Shown piece by piece: positions 55,333-64,000 of a stretch of DNA of 64,000 bases (positions within the stretch are counted from its first letter, which is position 1; the number at the start of each line of letters is the position of its first letter). The translations under genes and the position numbers were made by a program. The notes below the pieces were generated by a model. It was not told where the DNA came from and searched no databases. It worked only from the letters and a program-made list of their open reading frames with translations. The DNA lies in the NCBI GenBank assembly GCA_016201065.1, contig JACQDL010000006.1, forward strand, positions 10,296-74,295, given 5' to 3'. The stretch is from Actinomycetota bacterium (lineage in GTDB: Bacteria > Actinomycetota > Actinomycetes > Mycobacteriales > JACQDL01).

Positions 55333-56403
55333 TTACGGCTTGCTTGCTGGTCCGCTGATCGGTGGCGCACCGTCCATGCTGGTCGGAGGCTTGGCCCGGC
55401 TCGGGGAGACCCGCATCGGCTCGCCCTCCATCTTGGGGAAGTGCGGCGGGTACGGCGCGTCGCCCTGCCCCCGGTCCCGCTCGTCCCGGGCGGCCCACTC
55501 CAGCAGCGGCTCGATCGACCAGGCGGCCTCGTTGATGCCTGACCACACATCGCCGAGCCGGGCGAAGCGCTCCGGCACGGTGCGCACCGTGAGCTCCTCC
55601 GGGTCGGCGTCCGGCACCTCGTCCCAGGTCAACGGCGTGGACACCGGGGCGGTCGGGCGGGCCCGGATGCTGTATGCGCACGCCATCGTGCGGTCCCGCG
55701 CGTTTTGGTTGTAGTCGGCGAACACCCGAGGGCCGCGCTCCTCCTTCCACCACCTGCTGGTGACCAGGTCGGGCATCCGGCGTTCCAGCTCCCGGGCGAG
55801 GGCGAGGGCCGCCCGCCGGACCTCGGTGAACCCCCACCGGGGCTCGATCCGGACGAAGATGTGGATACCCCGGCTGCCGGAGGTTTTCGGCCAGCCCGGT
55901 ACGCCGAGCTCGGCCAGCAGCTCGCGGACCGCCAGGGCGACCCGCCTGGCGTCCTCGTACGAGGTGCCTGGTTGCGGATCGAGGTCGATGCGCAGCTCGT
56001 CCGGGCGTTCGGTGTCGGCGCGGCGTGAGTGCCAGGGGTGGAACTCGATGGTCGACATCTGCACCGCCCAGATGACGCTGGCCGGTTCGGTCACGCACAG
56101 CTCGTCCGCGTGCCGGCCGCTGGGGAACGCCACCCGCGCGGTCTGCACCCAGTCCGGGGCACCCTTGGGGAGCCGCTTCTGGTAGATCTGCTCGCCGCCG
56201 ATCCCCTCCGGGAAGCGCCGCAGCATGCACGGGCGCTCCCACAGCGCGGCGACGACGCCGTCGCCGACCGCGAGGTAGTACTCGGCGATGTCCCGCTTGG
56301 TCAGGCCGAGCTGGGGGAAGTAGACCCGGTCCGGGTTGCTGATCCGGACGGCCCGCGGCCCATCCGGACCTGGGACCGCCAGCTCGATCGACGGCGACGC
56401 CAT
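55333..56403 (-). CDS. LigD-type primase-polymerase (Prim-PolC)
   Basis: ISNPDRVYFP, LRRFPEG, IYQKR, ELRIDLDP, KTSGSRGIH, DYNQNARDRT. Confidence 0.92.
   Translation of the reverse strand: MASPSIELAVPGPDGPRAVRISNPDRVYFPQLGLTKRDIAEYYLAVGDGVVAALWERPCMLRRFPEGIGGEQIYQKRLPKGAPDWVQTARVAFPSGRHADELCVTEPASVIWAVQMSTIEFHPWHSRRADTERPDELRIDLDPQPGTSYEDARRVALAVRELLAELGVPGWPKTSGSRGIHIFVRIEPRWGFTEVRRAALALARELERRMPDLVTSRWWKEERGPRVFADYNQNARDRTMACAYSIRARPTAPVSTPLTWDEVPDADPEELTVRTVPERFARLGDVWSGINEAAWSIEPLLEWAARDERDRGQGDAPYPPHFPKMEGEPMRVSPSRAKPPTSMDGAPPISGPASKP
55409..55437. repeat. att direct repeat (right copy, inside the Prim-PolC 3' end)
   Basis: acccgcatcggctcgccctccatcttggg. Confidence 0.85.
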
Positions 56404-56555
56404 CCCGGCACGGTACGCCGCCGCAGCCCGGCAGCCCTGGCCAGCCACGCCGTGGCGTCGATCACGAGTCGCGCAAAAGCCACGTACAAGTCATCCGATT
56501 TGCCGGCGAACGTGGTAAAAATCGCGCGTCCCCTCATCGACCTGAGGAGCGTCCC

Positions 56556-58916
56556 GTGCGTCAACCACCTCTCCGTGCCGCCGCCCTGTTCGGGGCCGCC
56601 GCAGTCGCCTGCTCGGTCGTGCTCGTCGCGACCACCTCACCCGCCGAGGCGGTATCCCCCGACATCGTGGTCAGCCAGGTCTACGGCGGCGGCGGCAACA
56701 CCGGCGCCACCTACACCAGGGACTACATCGAGCTCTACAACCGCGGCACGACCGTGGTCTCACTGGCCGGCTGGAGCGTGCAGTACGCCTCCGCCACCGG
56801 CAGCACGTGGCTGCCGACGGCACTGGCCGGCTCGCTGGCGCCCGGCACGCACTACCTCATCAGCGAGAACGGCGGCACCGGCGGCACCACACCGCTGCCC
56901 ACCCCGGATGCGGCCGGCACGACCAACCTGTCGGCCACGGCGGGCAAGGTGGCCCTGGTCACCAGCACCACGGCGCTCACCTGCGGTGCCGTCTGCCACG
57001 CCGCACCCGGCGTGCGCGACTACGTCGGCTACGGCACCGCCGGCGACTACGAAGGCCCGGCGGCCGCGCCGGCCGGGTCCAACACGAACGCGGTGCTGCG
57101 GGCCGCCGCGGGCGGGATCGACACCGACAGCAACGCCGCCGACTTCACCGCGGGCGCCCCGGTGCCGCGCAACACCACGTCCAGCGGGGGCGTCCGGATC
57201 CGCGACATCCAGGGCGCCCAGCACCTCTCGCCGCTGAACGGCCAGACGGTGACGGCGGTGCCGGGCATCGTGACCGCGACCTCGAAGACCGGATTCTGGA
57301 TGCAGGACCCGAACCCGGATGCCAACCCGGCCACCAGCGAGGGCATCGTCGTCTACACCACGACCGTGCCGACGGTGACCGTCGGGACCTCCGTGACGGT
57401 CAGCGGCACGGTGAGCGAGTACCGGCCCGGTGGCACCAGCGGCACGGCGAACCTCACCACCACCGAGCTCGCCGCTCCCACGATCACGGTCGTCTCCACC
57501 GGCAACCCGCTGCCGCCGGCGACCCTGGTCGGCAGCGGTGGCCGGGTGCCACCGGCGACGGTGATCGACAACCTCTCCACCGGTGACGCCGAGACCCGGA
57601 CCAGCTTCGACGCCGTGCGCAACGGTATCGACTTCTGGGAGTCGATGGAGGGGATGCGGGTCGAGGTCGACAACGCGGCCGTCGTCGGGCCGACGACCAC
57701 CGCGGGCGAGCTGCCGGTGGTGCCCGCCGGCTCCGGCACCCGCACCGCCCGGGGCGGGATCGTCGCCCAGGCCGGTGACTTCAACCCGGAGCGGCTCATC
57801 CTCGACAACGCGTTGGTCGCGGTGCCGACCGCGAGCGTCGGCGACACCCTCGCCGGCGCCACCGTGGGCGTGCTGGACTACTCCTTCGGTGCCTTCAAGC
57901 TCCAGGTCACGGCCACCCCGACGGTGACCGGCGGCGGGCTGGCCCGGGAGACCACCCGCACGCCGACCGGGAGCGAGCTGGGGGTGGCCACCTTCAACGT
58001 CGAGAACCTCGCCCCGACCGACCCGGCGACGAAGTTCTCCCGGCTGGCCACCGCGATCGTGCAGAACCTCGCCGCGCCGGATCTGCTCACCCTGGAGGAG
58101 GTACAGGACAACTCCGGTGCCACCAACGACGGCGTGGTCGCCGCCGACGTGACCCTCACCACGCTGGTCAACGCGATCACCGCAGCGGGTGGCCCGACGT
58201 ACCAGTGGCGGGAGATCGACCCGGTGAACAACGCCGACGGCGGCCAGCCGGGCGGCAACATCCGGGTGGTGTACCTCTACCGGACCGACCGTGGGCTTGC
58301 CTTCGTGGACCGGCCGGGAGGCACGGCGACCGCGGCCGAGGTGGTGTCCAACGTCGGCGGGAAGCCGCAGCTCTCCCTCTCCCCCGGCCGGGTCGACCCG
58401 ACGAACTCGGCGTGGAGCTCCAGCCGCAAGCCGCTGGCCGCGGAGTTCACCTTCCATGGGCGGACCCTCTTCGTGGTGGCCAACCACTTCAACTCCAAGG
58501 GCGGCGACGACCCGCTGTTCGGCCACCGGCAGCCGCCGGTCGCCTCCAGCGAAACGCAGCGGCACTCCCAGGCCACCGTGGTCTGCGGCTTCGTGGACTC
58601 GATCCTCGCCATCGACCCGACCGCGTCCGTCGTGGTGCTGGGAGACCTCAACGACTTCGACTTCTCCCAGACCGCGAACATCCTCGTCGGCCCGGGCACG
58701 TTGACCGACCTGCCGCGCACCCTGCCGCTGGCCGACCGGTACACCTACGACTACCAGGGCAACTCGGAGGTGCTCGACCACATCCTGCTCTCCACGGCGC
58801 TGCTGACCAGCGGTGGCGCGACCGGCTACGACTACGACGTGGTGCACGTCAACAGCGAGTTCGCCGACCAGGTCAGCGACCACGAACCGCAGGTCGCCCG
58901 GCTGCTCATCCCGTAG
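56556..58916 (+). CDS. Secreted nuclease: lamin-tail domain + OB fold + endonuclease/exonuclease/phosphatase domain
   Basis: SQVYGGGGN...YIELYN; IRDIQG; ATFNVENL, NHFNSK, GDLND, LDHIL, SDHEP. Confidence 0.9.
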   Translation: MRQPPLRAAALFGAAAVACSVVLVATTSPAEAVSPDIVVSQVYGGGGNTGATYTRDYIELYNRGTTVVSLAGWSVQYASATGSTWLPTALAGSLAPGTHYLISENGGTGGTTPLPTPDAAGTTNLSATAGKVALVTSTTALTCGAVCHAAPGVRDYVGYGTAGDYEGPAAAPAGSNTNAVLRAAAGGIDTDSNAADFTAGAPVPRNTTSSGGVRIRDIQGAQHLSPLNGQTVTAVPGIVTATSKTGFWMQDPNPDANPATSEGIVVYTTTVPTVTVGTSVTVSGTVSEYRPGGTSGTANLTTTELAAPTITVVSTGNPLPPATLVGSGGRVPPATVIDNLSTGDAETRTSFDAVRNGIDFWESMEGMRVEVDNAAVVGPTTTAGELPVVPAGSGTRTARGGIVAQAGDFNPERLILDNALVAVPTASVGDTLAGATVGVLDYSFGAFKLQVTATPTVTGGGLARETTRTPTGSELGVATFNVENLAPTDPATKFSRLATAIVQNLAAPDLLTLEEVQDNSGATNDGVVAADVTLTTLVNAITAAGGPTYQWREIDPVNNADGGQPGGNIRVVYLYRTDRGLAFVDRPGGTATAAEVVSNVGGKPQLSLSPGRVDPTNSAWSSSRKPLAAEFTFHGRTLFVVANHFNSKGGDDPLFGHRQPPVASSETQRHSQATVVCGFVDSILAIDPTASVVVLGDLNDFDFSQTANILVGPGTLTDLPRTLPLADRYTYDYQGNSEVLDHILLSTALLTSGGATGYDYDVVHVNSEFADQVSDHEPQVARLLIP

Positions 58917-58943
58917 GCGCACGCACGCCACCGGACGCGCGGT

Positions 58944-58981
58944 GGGGTGGTGGGGAACCGAAAGCCAGGACCCACCACCCC
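58944..58981. terminator. Hairpin downstream of the nuclease gene
   Basis: ggggtggtggg ... cccaccacccc. Confidence 0.45.
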
Positions 58982-59002
58982 GCTGCCGCGTACGGTGGCC
59001 GG

Positions 59003-59419
59003 ATGGAGCTTCCGCCGCCGAAGGTGACCCGCACCGAGGCCGAGTGGCGGGCCCAGCTGTCCCCCGCCGAGTACGAGGTGCTGCGCCGGGCCGGCACCGA
59101 GCGCCCCTGGTCCGGCGAGTACGTGGAGTCCAGCACCGCCGGCGCGTACCACTGCCGGGCGTGCGGTGCCGAGCTGTTCCGCTCCGAGGCGAAGTTCGAC
59201 AGCCACTGCGGCTGGCCGAGCTTCTACCAGCCCACCAGCGCGGACAACGTGATCGTGCGGACGGACAGCAGCCACGGGATGAGCCGGACCGAGGTGCTGT
59301 GCGGGAGCTGCCACTCGCACCTCGGCCACGTCTTCCACGGCGAGGGGTACTCGACACCCACCGACGACCGGTACTGCATCAACTCGGTGAGCCTGACGCT
59401 GCACCCGCTCGACGGGTAG
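59003..59419 (+). CDS. msrB: Peptide-methionine (R)-S-oxide reductase
   Basis: GTERPW, CRAC, KFDSHCGWPSF, HLGHVF, RYCINS. Confidence 0.96.
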   Translation: MELPPPKVTRTEAEWRAQLSPAEYEVLRRAGTERPWSGEYVESSTAGAYHCRACGAELFRSEAKFDSHCGWPSFYQPTSADNVIVRTDSSHGMSRTEVLCGSCHSHLGHVFHGEGYSTPTDDRYCINSVSLTLHPLDG

Positions 59420-59438
59420 CCGCCGGCCGCGCGGCCCG

Positions 59439-60146
59439 CTACGGCAGGGCGGCGACCAGCTCCGTGATCGGCTTGCGGGTGCCGGTGTAGAACGGCACCT
59501 CTTCCCGGGTGTGCCGGCGGGCCGCCGCGCCGCGCAGGTGCCGCATCAGGTCCACGATCCGGTGCAGCTCGTCGGCCTCGAAGGCGAGTATCCACTCGTA
59601 GTCGTTCAGCGCGAACGACGACACGGTGTTGGCCCGCACGTCGGGGTAGCCGCGGGCCATCGCGCCGTGCTCGGCGAGCATGGCCCGCCGCTCCTCCTCC
59701 GGCAGCAGGTACCACTCCAGCGACCGGACGAACGGGTAGACGCACAGGAAGCCGCGCGGCTCCTCCTCGGCGAGGAACGCCGGCACGTGCCCCTTGTTGA
59801 ACTCCGCCGGCCGGTGCAGGCCGGCCACCGACCACACCGGCTCGGTGGCGCGCCCGAGCCGGGTCCGCCGGAACCGGGCGTACGCCTCCTGGAGGTCCTC
59901 GACTGCCGGCGCGTGCCACCACACCATCAGGTCGGCGTCGGCGCGCAGGCCCTGCACGTCGTAGCTGCCACGGACCACCACGTCCTTGGCGCCGAGCTGC
60001 TCGAAGAGGCCGGCCACCTCGGCCGCCACCGCGGCGCGGTCGTCGTCGAGCGGTCGCCGGACTGCGAACACCGACCACATCGTGTACCGGATCACCTGGT
60101 TCAGCTCGCGGGCCTTCTTCGGGCCCGCCTCGGTCTGCTCAGCCAT
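59439..60146 (-). CDS. hemQ: Coproheme decarboxylase (ChdC)
   Basis: [33 protein letters not shown]. Confidence 0.95.
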   Translation of the reverse strand: MAEQTEAGPKKARELNQVIRYTMWSVFAVRRPLDDDRAAVAAEVAGLFEQLGAKDVVVRGSYDVQGLRADADLMVWWHAPAVEDLQEAYARFRRTRLGRATEPVWSVAGLHRPAEFNKGHVPAFLAEEEPRGFLCVYPFVRSLEWYLLPEEERRAMLAEHGAMARGYPDVRANTVSSFALNDYEWILAFEADELHRIVDLMRHLRGAAARRHTREEVPFYTGTRKPITELVAALP

Positions 60147-61584
60147 GGCTCGATTCTCCCTGCTCGTCGTTCCCGCTGGTCATCCGGCCGGCGAGTGCGG
60201 CCTCCGCGGCCCGGGTGCCGGAACGCACGCAGGCCGGCACCCCGACCCCCTCGTACGCCGCACCGCACAGCGCCAGGCCGGGCACCGAGGCGGCTGCCTG
60301 ATGCGCCCGGCGGACCCGGTCGACGTGCCCGACCGCGTACTGCGGCAGGCTGTCGGTCCACCGGGTGACCCGGGTGGCCAGTGGTGCGGCGGTGATCCCG
60401 GTCAGCGCCGCGAGGTCGGCGAGCACCAGGCGGACCAGGTCGGCGTCGTCGCGGTCGAGCACGGCCTCCTCGCCGTGCCGGCCGACCGAGGCACGCAGCA
60501 CCGACACCGCGCCCACCGCCGCCCCCGTTCGGCTCCCCGCTCCGATCAGGTCCGGCCACTTGCGGGTGAAGTAGGTCAGCGCCTTCACCGTCCGCCGCTC
60601 GACCGCCGGCACCAGCAGCCCGCTGCCCGCCGGCAGCTCCACCGCCGGGAGTACGACGGTGACCAGACCGACCCCGGCGTACTCGATCGCGGCGAGCTCG
60701 ACCGCCGCGGCCGGCGCCACGGTCCGCAGCATCGGGGCGGCCTGGCCAGCCGGCACGGCGACGATCACCGCGTCGGCCTCCAGCACGGTCGGCTCCGCCA
60801 CCGGACCGGCGACCAGCCGGAAGCCGGTCGCGGTCCGGTGGATCTCCCGGACCGGCAGGCCGGTGTGGAGCTGGGCGCCGGAGGCGGCGAGCACGGCGGC
60901 CGGCAGCGTCCCCAACCCACCACGCAGGCTGCCGAACACCGGCCCGCCGGGCGCCGCGCCGCCAGGCGGCGCCGGGTGGGGCCGGCTGGCGGCGGTGGCC
61001 GCCTCGACCAGCGACCCGGTGTGCCCCAACGCGGCGTACAGCCCGGGCACGGTGGCCCGCAGCGACAGCTCGTCGGCGCGGCCGGCGTACACGCCACCGA
61101 GCAGCGGGTCGACCAGCCGGTCGACGAACACCCGGCCGAGGCGCCGCTCCACCAGCCGGCCCACCGCGATGTCCTCGTGCAGCGGCTCACCGGGGCGGGT
61201 CGGCTCCTCGGCGACGGCACGGGCCGCGTCCTCGCCGAGGAGCTCGCGGATCGGGTCGGCGGCCACCGGCACGCCCATCACGGTGCCCGGTGGCAGCGGG
61301 CGGGGCGCACCGTCGACGACCACCCGGGCCGCGGTGGTGGCGGGATGGACCAGCTCGCCGGCGAGTCCGGCGGCCTTGACCAGCTCGACGCCCTCCGGTA
61401 CCCGGACCAGGAACGCCTCGGCGCCCTCGTCCACGGCGATCCCGCCGACCGCCGACACGGACAGCTTGCCGCCGACCCGGTCGGCGGCCTCCACGATGGA
61501 CACGTGGGCGTCCGGCGCGAGCTGGCGCACCCGGTGCGCGGCGGCAAGCCCGGAGATGCCCGCCCCGACGACGATGACATCCAT
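60139..61584 (-). CDS. hemY: Coproporphyrinogen/protoporphyrinogen oxidase (CgoX)
   Basis: [42 protein letters not shown]. Confidence 0.93.
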   Translation of the reverse strand: MDVIVVGAGISGLAAAHRVRQLAPDAHVSIVEAADRVGGKLSVSAVGGIAVDEGAEAFLVRVPEGVELVKAAGLAGELVHPATTAARVVVDGAPRPLPPGTVMGVPVAADPIRELLGEDAARAVAEEPTRPGEPLHEDIAVGRLVERRLGRVFVDRLVDPLLGGVYAGRADELSLRATVPGLYAALGHTGSLVEAATAASRPHPAPPGGAAPGGPVFGSLRGGLGTLPAAVLAASGAQLHTGLPVREIHRTATGFRLVAGPVAEPTVLEADAVIVAVPAGQAAPMLRTVAPAAAVELAAIEYAGVGLVTVVLPAVELPAGSGLLVPAVERRTVKALTYFTRKWPDLIGAGSRTGAAVGAVSVLRASVGRHGEEAVLDRDDADLVRLVLADLAALTGITAAPLATRVTRWTDSLPQYAVGHVDRVRRAHQAAASVPGLALCGAAYEGVGVPACVRSGTRAAEAALAGRMTSGNDEQGESSHG

Positions 61585-61645
61585 CCCGCCATCCTGGCCC
61601 ATCACCGAAACCCGGCCGCACCGGGCCCCGGTCAACCAGCTCAGG

Positions 61646-62677
61646 TCAGCGGGCGGATGCGGTGTGGACCAGCTCCACCACCCGGGTGAGCATGTCCGGA
61701 TCGGTCACCGGCAGCACGCCGTGGCCGAGGTTGAAGATGTGCCCGGGTGCGTCCCGCCCCTCGGCGAGCACCCGGCGTACCTCGCGGTCGACGACCGGCC
61801 AGTCCGCGAGCAGCAGCGCCGGGTCCAGGTTGCCCTGCACGGCACGGTCGGGGCCGATCCGGCGGCTCGCCTCGTCCAGCGGCACCCGCCAGTCCACCCC
61901 GACCACGTCGGCGCCCACCGCACCGATCTGGTCCAGCAGCTCACCGGTGCCGACCCCGAAATGGATCCGCGGCACGCCCAGGTCGGCGACCCCGGCGAGC
62001 ACCGTGGCGCTGTGCGGACCGACGAACCGGCGGTAGTCGGCCGCGGACAGCGCACCGGCCCATGAGTCGAAGAGCTGCACGGCCGAAGCACCGGCGGCGA
62101 CCTGCACCCGGAGGAAGGCCAGCGCGATCTGGGCCAGCCGGTCGAGCAGCGTCGACCACAGCGCCGGGTCGCCGTGCATCATCGCCTTGGTGCGGGCATG
62201 GTCGCGTGACGGTCCGCCCTCGATCAGGTAGCTGGCGAGGGTGAACGGTGCGCCGGCGAACCCGATCAGTGGCGTCCCGCCGAGCTCGCCGACGAGCAGC
62301 CGCACCGCCTCGTCGATGAACCCGATGTCCTCGGCGACCAGCGGCCGGATCGCCGCGACATCCTGTGCGGTGCGCACCGGCTCGGCGAGCACCGGCCCCA
62401 CGCCGGGCTTGATGTCCAGATCCACGCCGACCGCCTTGAGCGGCACGACGATGTCGGAGAAGAGGATCGCCGCATCGACCCCGTGCCTGCGGACCGGTTG
62501 CAGGGTGATCTCGGTGACGAGGTCCGGCCGGGCGCAGGCGTCCAGCATCCCGATGCCGGCGCGGACCGCGCGGTACTCCGGCAGGGAACGACCGGCCTGC
62601 CGCATGAACCAGACCGGGGTACGCGGTACCGGGCGGCGGTGGGCGGCGCGGACCAGCAGCGAGTCGACGGCGTTCAT
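61646..62677 (-). CDS. hemE: Uroporphyrinogen decarboxylase
   Basis: [34 protein letters not shown]. Confidence 0.96.
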   Translation of the reverse strand: MNAVDSLLVRAAHRRPVPRTPVWFMRQAGRSLPEYRAVRAGIGMLDACARPDLVTEITLQPVRRHGVDAAILFSDIVVPLKAVGVDLDIKPGVGPVLAEPVRTAQDVAAIRPLVAEDIGFIDEAVRLLVGELGGTPLIGFAGAPFTLASYLIEGGPSRDHARTKAMMHGDPALWSTLLDRLAQIALAFLRVQVAAGASAVQLFDSWAGALSAADYRRFVGPHSATVLAGVADLGVPRIHFGVGTGELLDQIGAVGADVVGVDWRVPLDEASRRIGPDRAVQGNLDPALLLADWPVVDREVRRVLAEGRDAPGHIFNLGHGVLPVTDPDMLTRVVELVHTASAR

Positions 62678-62934
62678 GGGAACGCATCGTGCCATGGCCG
62701 ACACGCCGGGCCACCTCCCGGGCAGCCGTGGCCCGCCGTGGCAGGCTCCCTGCGAAGCGACTCGAGGAGGGTCCATGCGCCTGGTGCTCCGGCACTTCCC
62801 ATCCCGCGGCGGCGAGCCCGGGATCGGGTGTCCCCTGTGCTCGGGTCACCAGCGGCCGGCCATCGCGCCGGCGGCGTGAGGTGACCGTGACCCATGGCCG
62901 GCCGGGTGGCTCGACGACGCCCATAGTCCGGCTC

Positions 62935-63594
62935 GTGACCTCACCACACGGTGGCGGAGCGAGCGGCGTGCCTCGACCACGGGGCGTTGCCGGCAACCTA
63001 CGCTCCGAAGTCGTGACCGAGGCGTCGTCGGGGACCCTGTCGCCCAGTGAGTTCGGCCAGGCCGTGGCCAGCCTGGCGGGGGTGAGCCTGCGCCCGGAGG
63101 TCGTCACCACTGCGATCAAGGCGCCGCAGCGGCTCGCTCCGGACTCCTACGCGCTGGCCATCGACGTGGTCCGGCAGGGTGACTGCCTGGCTACCGGCCG
63201 GTTGGTCGTGCTGCACGATCCGCAGTCCCGCGGCCTGTGGGGCGGACCGCTGCGGCTGGTCGGGTTCGCCTCGGCGGAGATCGATCCCGGCATGGGGCGG
63301 GACCCGCTGCTCGCCGAGGTCGGCTGGAGCTGGTTGACGGACTCGCTGCGCCAGCACCAGGCGCCGTACATCGCGGCCGGTGGCACCGTGACCGAGACGG
63401 CCTCGACCCGATTCGGTGACCTGGCCGGACAGCAGACGACCCTGGAGCTGGAGCTGCGGGCGTCCTGGACGCCGCTGGAGCTGGACCTCGCGCCACACCT
63501 CAGGGCCTGGGCCGACCTGCTCGCCTCGGCCGCCGGCCTCCCGCCGGAGGGCGTGTCCCTGCTCCCCGGGGTCGCCGAGCGCCGCATGCCCTAG
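62935..63594 (+). CDS. DUF3000 family protein
   Basis: APQRLAP, ATGRLVVLHDP, DPLLAEVGWSWL, LELRASWTP; usual position divergent from hemE; start uncertain. Confidence 0.85.
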   Translation: MTSPHGGGASGVPRPRGVAGNLRSEVVTEASSGTLSPSEFGQAVASLAGVSLRPEVVTTAIKAPQRLAPDSYALAIDVVRQGDCLATGRLVVLHDPQSRGLWGGPLRLVGFASAEIDPGMGRDPLLAEVGWSWLTDSLRQHQAPYIAAGGTVTETASTRFGDLAGQQTTLELELRASWTPLELDLAPHLRAWADLLASAAGLPPEGVSLLPGVAERRMP

Positions 63595-63636
63595 CCGGCG
63601 CTTGTCAGCGACCCAACCCGGTCGGACGGGGTTCGG

Positions 63637-64000
63637 TCATGTCGTGCGCCACAGGCCCGGGTCGCCGTACCGGCTACCCGAGGCCAGCAGCCGCCCGTCG
63701 GGACTGAACCCGACCGCGTGGACGGCGTCGACGTGCCGCAGGGTCAAGGTATGGCGGGGATGCGCGGGATCGGTGAGGTCCCAGAGCAGGACGGTCGAGT
63801 CGTCGCCACCGGTGGCAAGCTGCCGCCCGTCCGCGCTGACTGCGAGCGCTCGTACGGCGGCGGTGTGCCCGGTCAGCGCCCCGGCGCGGACACCGATCCG
63901 GCGCTCGGAGAGGGCCAACGTGCTGCCGCTACGCTGGGTCAGGGTGACGCTGCGCACCGGACGCGCGGGATCGGTGAGGTCCCAGAGCGTGACCGCACTG
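63637..64000 (-). CDS. WD40-repeat protein, 3' part (continues beyond the window)
   Basis: GHTAAVRALAVSADGRQLATGGDDSTVLLWD; frame stays open to the window edge. Confidence 0.85.
   Translation of the reverse strand, partial: SAVTLWDLTDPARPVRSVTLTQRSGSTLALSERRIGVRAGALTGHTAAVRALAVSADGRQLATGGDDSTVLLWDLTDPAHPRHTLTLRHVDAVHAVGFSPDGRLLASGSRYGDPGLWRTT

Larger units (their letters stand above)
49862..55437. mobile_element. Decayed integrative element inserted in the 3' end of the Prim-PolC gene
   Basis: Bounded by 29-bp direct repeats; tyrosine integrase remnant at the right end; visibly lower GC; XRE, toxin-like and pseudogene cargo. Confidence 0.8.

Noticed and set aside
55159-56403. Programmed read-through Prim-PolC-integrase fusion
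   Set aside because: The integrase piece lacks its N-terminal catalytic Arg region and the Tyr; sharing a frame is a one-in-three chance
59003-63594. msrB-hemQ-hemY-hemE-DUF3000 block as a novelty
   Set aside because: Ordinary conserved actinobacterial coproporphyrin-dependent heme locus
1-64000. Many long overlapping ORFs in the track (e.g. 981-2996, 15270-18815, 22180-24258, 56760-59357)
   Set aside because: Arg/Pro/Gly-rich shadow frames of real genes, as expected at very high GC; no motifs

Overview
Very GC-rich actinobacterial chromosomal segment with about 55 genes; the shadow ORFs in the track are ignored. From left to right: (1) a membrane-anchored LuxR regulator divergent from a Tat-exported SoxB/5'-nucleotidase-like metallophosphoesterase, a beta-propeller and a redoxin; (2) GGDEF, a TetR-epimerase-AhpC operon, an unexplained 1161-aa membrane protein with ACT-like C-terminal domains, PAC2 and TauE; (3) fgd-fbiC (F420) and a four-gene 2-oxoacid:ferredoxin oxidoreductase operon; (4) an epimerase/GT2/DUF2064-like/methyltransferase/Mo-oxidoreductase/GT87 cluster, then TetR plus an FG-GAP/UnbV-like protein; (5) a six-gene minus-strand surface-glycan operon (34341-44692) with a GT2-GtrA-HPrK-like kinase fusion and a circularly permuted GH5, divergent from an ANTAR gene and treZ; (6) ribD-like and ligC, then a decayed ~5.6 kb integrative element inserted in the 3' end of the Prim-PolC gene, with 29-bp att repeats, a tyrosine integrase remnant and a HicA-like pair; (7) an extracellular nuclease, msrB, hemQ-hemY-hemE, DUF3000 and a partial WD40 gene. 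All family calls come from motif recognition by eye, without database searches. Start codons were re-chosen by hand and are approximate.
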